Source of the DNA: an uncultured bacterium
GTDB lineage: Bacteria > Planctomycetota > GCA-002687715
DNA: 64,000 nucleotides
NCBI GenBank assembly: GCA_902826835.1
Contig: CADEGH010000003.1
Location: forward strand, 266,083 to 330,082
Direction of reading: 5' to 3'
The notes beneath the pieces are model-generated. The model was not told the DNA's origin. It did not search any database and was given only the letters and a program-made list of their open reading frames with translations. Shown piece after piece: positions 35,243 to 44,706 of the stretch. The position numbers and the translations under genes were made by a program. Position 1 is the stretch's first letter. Every line of letters begins with the position of its first letter.

Positions 35243-36636
35243 GCCCAGATGCGCTCGCGGCGTGTGTCGGCCGCTTCTGGCTAGTCCTGCTCCCCATCAT
35301 CACTTTGTCCCCGTTCGAAGTGCATTTGGTCCCGGACTGGGCATGGCGGGAGTTCGCACCCGTCGACTTCCTGCGCAACCTCGTCCTGTTCCTGCCCCTG
35401 GGGCTTCTTATGCCACGGCGACCCGCGTGGGCCCTGCTGGTGGGAGCCGCGATCTCCGCCGTCATCGAGCTCGCCCAAGTGTGGCTCTACCGGGGACCTT
35501 CGTGGTTTGACGTCGTAGGAAACGCCCTCGGAGGGTGCTTGGGCACGATCCTCTTCGACCGCCGATTCGGCCAACGGCTGCTTCGGGGCGCGGTAGCACG
35601 CTTGAACGTCGTCACCGTGGGTCTCGCCTACCTCGCGCTCGGGACCCTCGTGGTGCTGAGCCTTCGCACGCTGCGCCCCGCCGACTTCCGAAACTGGGAG
35701 GACTACGCGCTCGTTTTGGGCAACGAAGCCGAGGTGGATCGCCCGTGGCGTGGCGTGCTCCACGAATTGCGGATCTACGATCGCAGCCTCGATCCGCGGT
35801 ACGAATCGGTGCCGAACGACGAGTCGCGCACGTTCCACGAAGGCGGCCCGATTCTCATGCTCGGTGGGGCTTCGCCCAATTTCGGCGTCATCGACGGACC
35901 GGCTGGCCGTGTCCCCTTTCCCTTGGAGCCCACCCCCGCCTCCGGGGTGCGTCGAGTCCCCGGCGGTTTCCAATTGGATCGCAGCCGCTGGATCTTGCCT
36001 GCCTTCGTCGCCACTCACGTGCGCAACATGCTCATGGCTTCGAGCCAGGTCTCCGTCTACGTGGTGGTGACCCCCGCGGAATCCGGGCACGGAGGCCAAG
36101 GGCGCATCGCTGGCATGGGAAAAAACTGGACCCACCGCAATTTCGGGCTCGGCCAAAAGGGACGCGACATCCACTGGCGAGTGCGTACTCCCGCCACCGG
36201 CGACAACGGCGACCGACCCCAGATCATCACCAAACGGGGGCCGCTCGCCCCGAAGCGCACCCAGGTTCTGGCGACATTCGACGAGCATCGCTCTCGCCTC
36301 TATCTCGACGGCAAGATCGAAGGTGACCTGCTCCTATCCGCCACCCGTCTCGAAGGCACGATGTTGGCGGGGCAACATCGCACTCTCCTCGCCAAGGACA
36401 TCACTCTGACCGTGGTAATCCTCTCCCTTCTGGGCGCGAGCCTCACCACCCTACTCGCGGGCGGTCGCAGCCTCTTCGGCCTGGTCGGCCTGGGCCTCAC
36501 TCTCGGCTCCCTCCACTACCTCGGCGCCTGGAATCACTTCCACGCCTACACTCCCCTCGCCGTCGGCGTCACCCTCGCCGCCCTCCCCAGCGCCTGGTCC
36601 CTCCTCCGTGGCCACTACATCCTGAATGACCGGTAG
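35239..36636 (+). CDS. VanZ-like membrane domain fused to a LamG/concanavalin-like domain
   Basis: The GTG start overlaps the ispH stop (GTGA). VanZ pattern: LRNLVLFLPLGLL..AVIELAQVW..DVVGNALGGCLG. LamG-like segment: LHELRIYDRSL. C-terminal TM helices. Confidence 0.55.
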   Translation: MSPDALAACVGRFWLVLLPIITLSPFEVHLVPDWAWREFAPVDFLRNLVLFLPLGLLMPRRPAWALLVGAAISAVIELAQVWLYRGPSWFDVVGNALGGCLGTILFDRRFGQRLLRGAVARLNVVTVGLAYLALGTLVVLSLRTLRPADFRNWEDYALVLGNEAEVDRPWRGVLHELRIYDRSLDPRYESVPNDESRTFHEGGPILMLGGASPNFGVIDGPAGRVPFPLEPTPASGVRRVPGGFQLDRSRWILPAFVATHVRNMLMASSQVSVYVVVTPAESGHGGQGRIAGMGKNWTHRNFGLGQKGRDIHWRVRTPATGDNGDRPQIITKRGPLAPKRTQVLATFDEHRSRLYLDGKIEGDLLLSATRLEGTMLAGQHRTLLAKDITLTVVILSLLGASLTTLLAGGRSLFGLVGLGLTLGSLHYLGAWNHFHAYTPLAVGVTLAALPSAWSLLRGHYILNDR

Positions 36637-36656
36637 AAGCCCGCCCCTACCCTTGA

Positions 36657-39449
36657 TTAGTCCCGATTCGGCATTTCCTCAGCCGTCGGAATCGATAGAC
36701 GCATTTCATGATTCGATTCCACCGCGTAACGCGCCGGAGGCGAGCCTCCACGCCAACCTACCGAAACCCAATACCTGCCTCTCGGTATCGAGAGTGTGAA
36801 GCCGAAGCCCCCGACCTCGTCATTGAGCGGTAAATCGGACTCGATCGGAGATCCGGTCTGATCCTCCACCGCAACGATGAGGCGACGACTCACCTCGGCC
36901 CGTTGCGCGGGACTCAAGGACCTTCCGCTCCGGAGCGCCCGCTCCATCGACTCGGGCCAGGGAAGTACGCCCTTCATCCGATCGAACCGGCTCAGCGGGA
37001 TATCCAAGGAAGCGCTTGCCTGGCGGTAGTGAAACGCCACACTCCGAGGGGATGCCCAGGCCTGGGCACCAGCCGCGGAATGCCCAGCGCTGGCGACATA
37101 GCCCCCCGGTGCCAAGCCTCGGATGTGAAACTCCCCGCTCGAGTTCGTGATTGCGGTTGCGCACACTCGGCGGTTGGAATCGCGGATTGCGATCGCGATC
37201 CCACTTCGTTCGCTCTCCGGCGGACCAGAGACCTGGCCGGTCAATGCGTCCCCGGGAGGAAGTACGATCTTCAGGTCGGCTTCCGCGTCACCAATTTCGA
37301 TGGACCGTTCCAAGATGGCATAACCCTGGACTGCGATTCGGGCCTCGTAGCTTCCAGGATAAAGCCGGCCGATGCGAAGCTTTGGACCCACTCCTTCCGC
37401 CGACCTGACGGTTGCCCCCGATTGCGCGAGTTCGACCCGCGCTGAGTGTGCGACACCAGGAGCGCCGTCCTCGACCAATTCGATCGTCAAGTCTTGAGGG
37501 CTCGTCCCCACTACTGCCACAGGAATCTCCCAGTCCGCGCGCTCCGTGATAGCGAGATGAATCTCGCGCTCGTAGCAGAGCTCGGACTCCCCCACTCCTC
37601 CCACTCGGGCTCTTACGATGACTAGATTAGGCAGACCCGTGAGGACTGCAAATCCCGACGAGTCGGTCATGCCGGAGGCTATTGGGGAACGCTCAGTGGC
37701 CGAAGATCCAGCATCGACCGGAGACCGTGCGGTCAGCCAAACTCGAGGAATCGGCCGACCTGCGGCGTCTCGAACACACAGTCTCAGGTCGCGGGCCGGG
37801 ACGAGTTTGATCCTGAGATCGCTGACCCCCTCCTCAGGGTAGTCCAGAATTCGGGTGAGGAAGCCGGGGGCAGTGCAGCGCAATTGACCGGAGCTGGATC
37901 GACGGGTGACCTGCAGTTCGAATTCCCCGAGTTCATTCGTGCTTGTGTGGTTCATCGCTCCCGCCTGCAGCCGCGCCCCGGCTTGCGGACGGTCATTCTC
38001 GTCCACGACCACGCCACGGATTGACACGAGTCGGTAGTCCGCTCCGGCTATGAGGTCAGGGGCCACCGCCACCTGGCCGGAAAACCCGATTGCCTTCACT
38101 CGAGGCGGACTCATACCCACGAGTGAAATGCCGAGCTGCGTGCCGGAAGCCGTGCACGGGAGGCCTGGGATCTCGTATCGACCATCGTCACCCGTGATGG
38201 CTTCGTGGACTCCGAGAAACGGCAGATCGCCAGGGGCGGCCAAAAAGGCGAGTAATTCCGGAACGAGCAAAACCCGCCGCGGCGCCAACGCGGCGGCTCG
38301 GTGAATCGAAGGACGCAGCGCTTGCAGTTCGGATTCCGCCCAGACTCGGAGACCCCGAACGGGGGCGCCTCGATGGTCGATTACCCGCCCTTTCACCGTG
38401 GCGCAGGGAAAGAGCATCACCGTCAACTCGCTGTCGCATGCAGCCCCACCAAGATCGATGAAGCAGGGCGACCAATCCGGCGAGTGCACCCACAAACCAC
38501 GGATGGCCGAGGAATCGGCTGGACGATTACCCGCCGAATCGGGGAAGGAAAAACGCCCCTCGTCATCACTCGTGAGACGCGCCAGGCATGCGGCGGCAAA
38601 TCCGCGGGCGCCCGGCTCTCCGTCGTCATGCCACACTTCGATGGAAACACCGGCAAGGCCCCGGTTGTCGACTCCCGAGACCACTCTCCCCCCGCGAACT
38701 ACCTGCTCCAGAAGTCGAACCTCGATCAGCTCGGCGGATTGCACGGCGTGTGCGAATTGCCAGCTCGATTCGTATCCCGCCTTCGATACTTCGAGCTGCA
38801 GATCGGGTGGTGAGTCTTCCAAAGCAAACGTCCCATCGGGCTTGCTCCGAGTGGAATCGACCGCCTCCGCCTCCTCCCCCGGTCTTTTCCAACGCACCAA
38901 AGCCCCCTCGATGGGCAATCCTTCCGCCGAGAGGACGCGGCCCCTCCAAGGGTGCGCTCGATCCAGCGTCAATTCTACTCGGCGACCCGGTAATCGAATG
39001 CGAAGTTGCCCGCGAGAAAACCCCGGAGCTTCCGCGGTGACCGTGTGCAATGCCGAAGTCGCGGGTAAATCCATCGCGAAAGAACCCGCCCCGTCCGTAA
39101 TCGCACGGTGATCGCCCACTACGGTCTCCGGCGCAGTCGTGCTTGCTCCGTCAGCACAAACCCGCACTCGCCCCCCCGCGATGGCTTGCCCCCCGCGATC
39201 CCTGAGCATCCCCTGAAACCGGAGGCTGCGGAGCGCCTGCAAAGGAATCTCCTCGTAGGCCCGCGCCTCCGGAGATTCAGGGACCATCACTGACTGAGAA
39301 AGGGGGGGGCCATGCACAGCACCGACTATTTGCGTCGGGAGTGGCGTTTCCCGCTCCCGAGCACAATTCGACAAGAGGGCCCAAATGGCGAGCGCTGAGC
39401 CCAAGCAAAGTCCGAAAATCGCAGTACGGTGCGGCATGACCGCCTCCAA
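36657..39449 (-). CDS. Large secreted protein built from about 8 carboxypeptidase-regulatory-like (CarboxypepD_reg) beta-sandwich repeats
   Basis: Signal-like N-terminus. The pattern G.V.D..G.P..GA.V.....T.dG.F recurs, for example VKGRVIDHRGAPVRGLRVWA, IRGVVVDENDRPQAGARL, and NSSGEFHIRGLAPGGYVA. Confidence 0.6.
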   Translation of the reverse strand: MEAVMPHRTAIFGLCLGSALAIWALLSNCARERETPLPTQIVGAVHGPPLSQSVMVPESPEARAYEEIPLQALRSLRFQGMLRDRGGQAIAGGRVRVCADGASTTAPETVVGDHRAITDGAGSFAMDLPATSALHTVTAEAPGFSRGQLRIRLPGRRVELTLDRAHPWRGRVLSAEGLPIEGALVRWKRPGEEAEAVDSTRSKPDGTFALEDSPPDLQLEVSKAGYESSWQFAHAVQSAELIEVRLLEQVVRGGRVVSGVDNRGLAGVSIEVWHDDGEPGARGFAAACLARLTSDDEGRFSFPDSAGNRPADSSAIRGLWVHSPDWSPCFIDLGGAACDSELTVMLFPCATVKGRVIDHRGAPVRGLRVWAESELQALRPSIHRAAALAPRRVLLVPELLAFLAAPGDLPFLGVHEAITGDDGRYEIPGLPCTASGTQLGISLVGMSPPRVKAIGFSGQVAVAPDLIAGADYRLVSIRGVVVDENDRPQAGARLQAGAMNHTSTNELGEFELQVTRRSSSGQLRCTAPGFLTRILDYPEEGVSDLRIKLVPARDLRLCVRDAAGRPIPRVWLTARSPVDAGSSATERSPIASGMTDSSGFAVLTGLPNLVIVRARVGGVGESELCYEREIHLAITERADWEIPVAVVGTSPQDLTIELVEDGAPGVAHSARVELAQSGATVRSAEGVGPKLRIGRLYPGSYEARIAVQGYAILERSIEIGDAEADLKIVLPPGDALTGQVSGPPESERSGIAIAIRDSNRRVCATAITNSSGEFHIRGLAPGGYVASAGHSAAGAQAWASPRSVAFHYRQASASLDIPLSRFDRMKGVLPWPESMERALRSGRSLSPAQRAEVSRRLIVAVEDQTGSPIESDLPLNDEVGGFGFTLSIPRGRYWVSVGWRGGSPPARYAVESNHEMRLSIPTAEEMPNRD

Positions 39450-39485
39450 GAGCTGGCGCGAGTGCCAGTCTCGACAAGAATTATA

Positions 39486-39857
39486 CTACTGAATCGTCGC
39501 CATGCTCACGGTTGGTGAAACACTCCCCTGGTCGGAACCGCTCGATTGATAGGTGAGTTTGACGATATGCGTCCCGGAAGGCAGATTCAGAGTTTGATTC
39601 CAGGATACGGTGCCATTTTCATCCGCAATGACGGTGTACCCCGGCGGGGTCTCTCCCCAACCTGCCGCTGCATACAGGTTCACAGCGTAGGTGGCACCGG
39701 GCTGAAGCCCGGAGATCACACAGGTCACCTCATCCCCACTCGCAGCCGTGACCGATTGCCCTCCATTGATCGTTCCGGCGGGGGTTTGCGCCTGAATGAC
39801 GCTGACCGAGAAAACGAACGCCACTGCGGCAAACAACAGATTATTCGCGGTGAACAT
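39486..39857 (-). CDS. Small secreted hypothetical protein (123 aa)
   Basis: Trimmed to MFTANNLLFAAVAFVFSVSVIQAQ. AAGGAGG lies 5 nt upstream of this ATG. The composition is beta-rich. Confidence 0.5.
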   Translation of the reverse strand: MFTANNLLFAAVAFVFSVSVIQAQTPAGTINGGQSVTAASGDEVTCVISGLQPGATYAVNLYAAAGWGETPPGYTVIADENGTVSWNQTLNLPSGTHIVKLTYQSSGSDQGSVSPTVSMATIQ

Positions 39858-40125
39858 GTCCACCTCCTTGGTGGGGGCACGCTGCTCGGTCTGCACCTGA
39901 CGCCGCGCACCCATTCCTCTGAGAAACTCATCCGACACCGTCGACCAAGGTGTCTCGACAGGCCGTGACTAACAGGTCGCCGCCTCCGAATCGTCTTGAT
40001 CCAAGTCTCAAAGCCGCGGCTTTCAGCGGCCTTGAGACGCATATAAGACGCTCGGCCTCGCTAAACTGGTCGGAATTCTCGAGCTTTTTTCAGAGCGGGG
40101 CCAGTGGGGCCGTCCGGGTTCCCGC

Positions 40126-42786
40126 TCACGAGCTCATACTGGCGCCGAGGAGCTCGGTCGCGCGGGTCAGGGCAGCATCGATGGCGGAGGGGTCTTTGCC
40201 GCCGGCTTGGGCGAAGTCGGGGCGGCCGCCACCGCCACCGCCCACGAGGGGGGCGAGTTGTTTGACGAGGTCGCCCGCGTGCACCTTGCCCGCGAGTTCC
40301 TTGGCGGCGAATGCGGCCAAGACGACCTTGCCCTCGCTCTCCATCGCCAACACGCCGGCGGTGGCGGGAGGAGTTTGGCGGAGTCGGTCGCACAGCGCGG
40401 CCACTTCGGCCGGGGGAACCGCCGGGATCCGGGCGACGATGAAGCGTCCGTGCGGCCGTGGGGTGGCCTCGGCGAGGAGTTTTTGAGCCAATTGAGCGAG
40501 GTCGGCGGTGGCCTGCTTGGCACCGCCGCGCTGCAACTCCTTGACCTTTTCTTGCAGGGCCTCCACGCGGGCCAACAGATCGGTTTCGCCAGCCTTCAGC
40601 GCATTGGAAAGCTCGCGCAAGACGCGACGGCTCTCCTGCATGCGCGAGACCGCCGCGCCGCGGGTGACCGCTTCGATGCGCCGAACCCCCGCCTGCACCG
40701 CCGATTCGCTCACGATCGTGAACGCCCCGATTTGCCCGGTGTTGGCACAGTGAGTCCCGCCGCAGAGTTCGGTCGAATACCCGCCGATGTTCACGACCCG
40801 CACTTGGTCGTCGTACTTCTCGCCGAACAGGGCGGTGACTCCACGAGCCTTGGCAGCTTGCAGGTCCTCGACGGTGGTGGCAAGGGGCGTCGCCTGACGC
40901 ACCTTGTCATTCACCATCGTCTCGATGCGCTCGACCTCCTCGGCGGTGATGGCACGAGGATGCGTGACATCGAATCGCAACCGATCGGGCGCGACCAAGG
41001 AGCCCTGCTGATTGGCATGGGAGCCGAGCACCGATTTGAGCGCCCAGTGCAGAAGGTGCGTGGCGGAGTGATTGGCCATCAGCGAATGGCGACGCTCGCG
41101 GTCGACCTCCGCTTGGACCGACCGGGGCGGAGCCTCGGCCGAGCCGACTTCCACCGCTCCGATGTGGAGTACGACATCGCCCATTTTCTTGGTGTCACTG
41201 ACGCGGAATCGGAATCCCGGCGCCTCCACGAGTCCGGCATCCCCGAGTTGGCCCCCCGATTCGGCGTAAAACGGCGTGCGGGCCAGGACCAGGAACTTTC
41301 CGTCGACCAGACGCACGAGTTCGGTGGCCAGCGACATCCCGTCGTGGGAAGCGTCGGCGTAGCAGGCGCTCTGCGTAGCCGGCAGTCCTTGCAGCTTTTC
41401 GGGAGAAACGAGCCACTTGCCGGTTCCCTCGCCGCGGCTCGCCTCCTTGTGCGCGGTCAGGGCCTTCTGCCAGCCGGCCTCGTCCACCGAGAGGTCGCGC
41501 TCCCTCGCCATGAGGTCGACGAGGTCGCGAGGGAAACCGAAAGTCGCGTAGAGGTCGTACGCGGCATCCCCGGGGATGACTCGGCTCTTCGAATTCTCGA
41601 CGGAGGTCGCCACGCTTTCGAAGAGCGCGATGCCTTTGTCCAAAGTGAGCAGGAAGGACTTTTCCTCCGCTTCGATGAGGGTCATTACGTGGGCTTCCCG
41701 CTCCCGCATCTCCGGGAACGCCCCGCCGAGCACGCGGCCCACGACCGGCACGAGCCGGTAGATGAAGGGGCTCTCTTGCCCGAGGGCCTGACGGCCGAAG
41801 CGGGCGGCCCGGCGCAGGAGGCGACGCAGAACGTAGCCGCGGCCTTCGTTGCTCGGCAAAGCACCGTCGGAGAAGGCGGCGGTCAGGGCCCGAACGTGGT
41901 CGGCGATCACACGACAAGCGACGTCGCGGTCGTCCATGGTGCCGCCGTGGCGATGTCCGGTCAGCTTGGTCAGTTCCTCGAAAATTGGGGTGAAGAGGTC
42001 GGTGGCGTAGTTCGAGTTTTTCCCCTGCACCACCGCGGTGATGCGCTCGAAGCCCATCCCCGTGTCGACGTGGCAGGCCGGCAATTGCGCCAACGACCCG
42101 TCTTCTTTGCGGTTGAACTGGATGAAGACGTTGTTCCAAATCTCCATGAACCGCTCGTTGCCGGCATTGACGCCGATCGCACGGTTCTTCCCGTCCTCGG
42201 GGTTTTCTTCCGGACCGCCTCGGTCGATGTGGATTTCCGTGCAGGGACCGCAGGGGCCGGTATCTCCCATCTCCCAGAAGTTGTCTTTGCGCCCAAACCT
42301 CAGGATATGGTCCGGCGCGATGTCGGTCACTTCGCGCCACAGGCGTTCGGCCTCCGCATCGGCCGGCAACCCGTCCTTCTCATCGCCGCCGAACACCGTG
42401 ACCCAGAGCCGATGCTTGGGCAGGCCGTAGACCTTGGTCAGCAATTCCCAGGACCAGGCGATCGCTTCTTTCTTGAAGTAGTCGCCAAACGACCAATTAC
42501 CGAGCATCTCGAAGAAGGTGTGATGGTAGGTGTCGCGCCCCACTTCCTCGAGGTCGTTGTGCTTGCCGGAAACGCGGATGCACTTTTGGGTATCGGCCGC
42601 GCGCGTGTACGTGCGCTTGCCGGTCCCGAGGAAGACATCCTTGAACTGGTTCATGCCCGCGTTCGTGAACAGGAGCGTGGGGTCGTCCTTCGGGAACACC
42701 GGCGAGGAAGGAACGATGGTGTGGCCCCGCTCCCGGAAAAAGTCGAGGAAGAGGCGGCGAACGTCGGCGGCGGAATAATGTGGCAT
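40126..42786 (-). CDS. alaS: Alanine--tRNA ligase
   Basis: Trimmed to MPHYSAADVRRLFLDFFRERGHTIVPSSPV. FTNAGMNQFK, HHTFFEMLGNWSFGDYFK, and C-terminal GGGGGRPDFAQAGG. Confidence 0.95.
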   Translation of the reverse strand: MPHYSAADVRRLFLDFFRERGHTIVPSSPVFPKDDPTLLFTNAGMNQFKDVFLGTGKRTYTRAADTQKCIRVSGKHNDLEEVGRDTYHHTFFEMLGNWSFGDYFKKEAIAWSWELLTKVYGLPKHRLWVTVFGGDEKDGLPADAEAERLWREVTDIAPDHILRFGRKDNFWEMGDTGPCGPCTEIHIDRGGPEENPEDGKNRAIGVNAGNERFMEIWNNVFIQFNRKEDGSLAQLPACHVDTGMGFERITAVVQGKNSNYATDLFTPIFEELTKLTGHRHGGTMDDRDVACRVIADHVRALTAAFSDGALPSNEGRGYVLRRLLRRAARFGRQALGQESPFIYRLVPVVGRVLGGAFPEMREREAHVMTLIEAEEKSFLLTLDKGIALFESVATSVENSKSRVIPGDAAYDLYATFGFPRDLVDLMARERDLSVDEAGWQKALTAHKEASRGEGTGKWLVSPEKLQGLPATQSACYADASHDGMSLATELVRLVDGKFLVLARTPFYAESGGQLGDAGLVEAPGFRFRVSDTKKMGDVVLHIGAVEVGSAEAPPRSVQAEVDRERRHSLMANHSATHLLHWALKSVLGSHANQQGSLVAPDRLRFDVTHPRAITAEEVERIETMVNDKVRQATPLATTVEDLQAAKARGVTALFGEKYDDQVRVVNIGGYSTELCGGTHCANTGQIGAFTIVSESAVQAGVRRIEAVTRGAAVSRMQESRRVLRELSNALKAGETDLLARVEALQEKVKELQRGGAKQATADLAQLAQKLLAEATPRPHGRFIVARIPAVPPAEVAALCDRLRQTPPATAGVLAMESEGKVVLAAFAAKELAGKVHAGDLVKQLAPLVGGGGGGRPDFAQAGGKDPSAIDAALTRATELLGASMSS

Positions 42787-42800
42787 GGCTGGGTCCTTCC

Positions 42801-44018
42801 TCACTGGCGGTGGCTGACTTGCAGAGTCACGGAAACGGTTTTCTTCTCCGTACCGCGAACAAATCCGACGTTGATGACATCCCCCGGACGACGACCGTCC
42901 AAGGCCGCCATGTAATCCTCGAGCGACCCGACAGAGTCCTCGCCGATCAGAATGATCCGGTCCTGGGCGAGGAGGCCCGCCTTCTCGGCCGCTCCACCCG
43001 CAGTCACGCCTTGAATGACGACTCCGGGCTCGGACGCCGCGGCGTAGTCGGGCATGATCCCGAGCGCGGGCCGCCCGGTGGGTGAAGGCGTCGCCGCGTC
43101 GGGCTTCGCTACCGGTGCCGCCGCCGGAGCGGGCGCGGAGCCCTCGGCCTTCGGTGTCACAGGTGCGGCGGCATCCGTCTTCTCGGACTCCTTGGCCTTC
43201 GGCTTCGGCGGAAGCACCAAGAGCCAGTGTCCTCGACCGTTCAACTTCGCGAGTTCTTTCGGAGTGGGCTCTTTCCCCAGGAAGGACTCCATCGTGAAGA
43301 CCGCGGTGTTCGTGAGCGGCCGACGTTGGAGGAGGCGTTGAACGGTCCCGTATCCGTAGTCGCTGTGGAACTTGCCGCAGAGGTGCACGACCAACGGACG
43401 CCGGTGGGGACGCCCCTCGAGATAGTCGGCGATGGCCTCGGCCATCCCATCGTCCTTCAGACACTGCGAGGCGTACATCCGCTGTTTGGAGTCGCTGTCG
43501 TCGGCCCCGCCATGGTCCTTCATGGCGTCCATGAACAGGGCGCGGTAGCGATCGTCCGGCGCGCTAGTCGCCCTCGGCATGCCCGCTTGGCCCCGCACGC
43601 TCTTCGTGCCTTGGGTCGCGACCTTGCGCGCGAGCGCGCGGGGCACGTTGCCGGCAATCACGTCGAGTCCGCGGGCCTTCGCGAACTCGATCACCGGTTT
43701 GTAGTGTTTCTCGTAGTTCGGCCAGGGGCGCGACTTCTCGCGGAACGTGGCCTCGTCGATACGGCCCCGCAGATAGTCGTCGACCACTCCCTGGACGTCC
43801 CGCTCGAACATCTCCAAGGACACCACCAGATCGGGCCGTTGGGCGTGCAGCCCTTCGAGCATGCCGAGTTGGAAAGTGTGTCCGTGATCCTGATCGTGCT
43901 CCTCGCCCAGGAACACCACGTCGCGGCGAGCTGCCTCTTGGATCACCGCGTCCGCCGAAACCGACCGACCGGTCGCCAATTCGATGATCAAGAACAAAAA
44001 CGCGGCAGTAGCATCCAT
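42801..44018 (-). CDS. ChaN-like (Cofac_haem_bdg/Tiki-type) domain fused to a C-terminal PDZ domain
   Basis: VVFLGEEHDQDHGHTFQ..VVSLEMFERDVQ..HLCGKFHSDYGYG is ChaN-like. The PDZ segment is GVVIQGVTAGGAAEKAGLLAQDRIILIG. The stop lies 14 nt before the alaS start. Confidence 0.6.
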   Translation of the reverse strand: MDATAAFLFLIIELATGRSVSADAVIQEAARRDVVFLGEEHDQDHGHTFQLGMLEGLHAQRPDLVVSLEMFERDVQGVVDDYLRGRIDEATFREKSRPWPNYEKHYKPVIEFAKARGLDVIAGNVPRALARKVATQGTKSVRGQAGMPRATSAPDDRYRALFMDAMKDHGGADDSDSKQRMYASQCLKDDGMAEAIADYLEGRPHRRPLVVHLCGKFHSDYGYGTVQRLLQRRPLTNTAVFTMESFLGKEPTPKELAKLNGRGHWLLVLPPKPKAKESEKTDAAAPVTPKAEGSAPAPAAAPVAKPDAATPSPTGRPALGIMPDYAAASEPGVVIQGVTAGGAAEKAGLLAQDRIILIGEDSVGSLEDYMAALDGRRPGDVINVGFVRGTEKKTVSVTLQVSHRQ

Positions 44019-44055
44019 GGGGTATCTCCAGGAGAATGAGTCCGGGATACTAAGA

Positions 44056-44706
44056 ATGACCACCACCGGGAACGAGGGCCGCCTTTTCTCAGCCGGGCCG
44101 AGTCCGCAGGACCGGTTCACGCCCGCCGTTCGCGCGGTTTTGGCAGAAATCGACGCGGGGACGGAGCGCCTCTCCCGAGCGTCGGGCCTCCGATGCCCCC
44201 CCAACTGTGGGGCCTGCTGCCTCTCCCCCGAGGTGACGGCCTCGGTGCTCGAGTGCCTTCCCCTCGCAGACCACCTCCTGGCTTCCGGGCGGGCTCAGGA
44301 CTTCTTGGCCAGGTTCGAGGCCGACCCGACTCACCGCCCTTGTTTCCTTTACGAGGCCGACCCTCTGGATCCGGAGCGGGGCCGGTGCGGCGAGTACGAA
44401 CATCGCCCGAGTTTGTGCCGCCTCTTCGGATTCTCCGCGAGGCGCCGCAAGGACGGCTCCGCCGAGCTGATCGCCTGCATCCGGCACAAGAGCGCGATAC
44501 CGGAGGCCGTCCAACAAGCTCAAGTCGCGGCGAGTCGCGAGGAGGGGGTCGCCTTCGCCGGGGACTCCGCCCTGGCCCTCGCAGGCATCGACCCCGCCCT
44601 CGCACGGCCCCTCCTCCCGATCAACGAGGCCGTGGCGAAGGCGATCGAGCGGTTGGCCCTGCGCCACTCTCTTTCAAGCCCTCGTCCCGGTTCCGCATCG
44701 GAATGA
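44056..44706 (+). CDS. YkgJ-family (UPF0153) cysteine-cluster protein
   Basis: The CPPNCGACC motif and a later C..C..C pattern. Start trimmed to the ATG at 44056. Confidence 0.6.
   Translation: MTTTGNEGRLFSAGPSPQDRFTPAVRAVLAEIDAGTERLSRASGLRCPPNCGACCLSPEVTASVLECLPLADHLLASGRAQDFLARFEADPTHRPCFLYEADPLDPERGRCGEYEHRPSLCRLFGFSARRRKDGSAELIACIRHKSAIPEAVQQAQVAASREEGVAFAGDSALALAGIDPALARPLLPINEAVAKAIERLALRHSLSSPRPGSASE

Noticed and set aside
40040-40125. Rho-independent terminator downstream of alaS
   Set aside because: A GC hairpin (gagcggg...cccgctc) is present. On the alaS transcript it is followed by an A-run, and on the opposite strand the T-run precedes it. Neither orientation gives a canonical intrinsic terminator.
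40207-42915. 902-aa plus-strand ORF
   Set aside because: This is a shadow ORF antisense to alaS, which carries unmistakable AlaRS motifs. Its Arg/Gly/Pro-rich composition is typical of wrong-frame ORFs in high-GC DNA.
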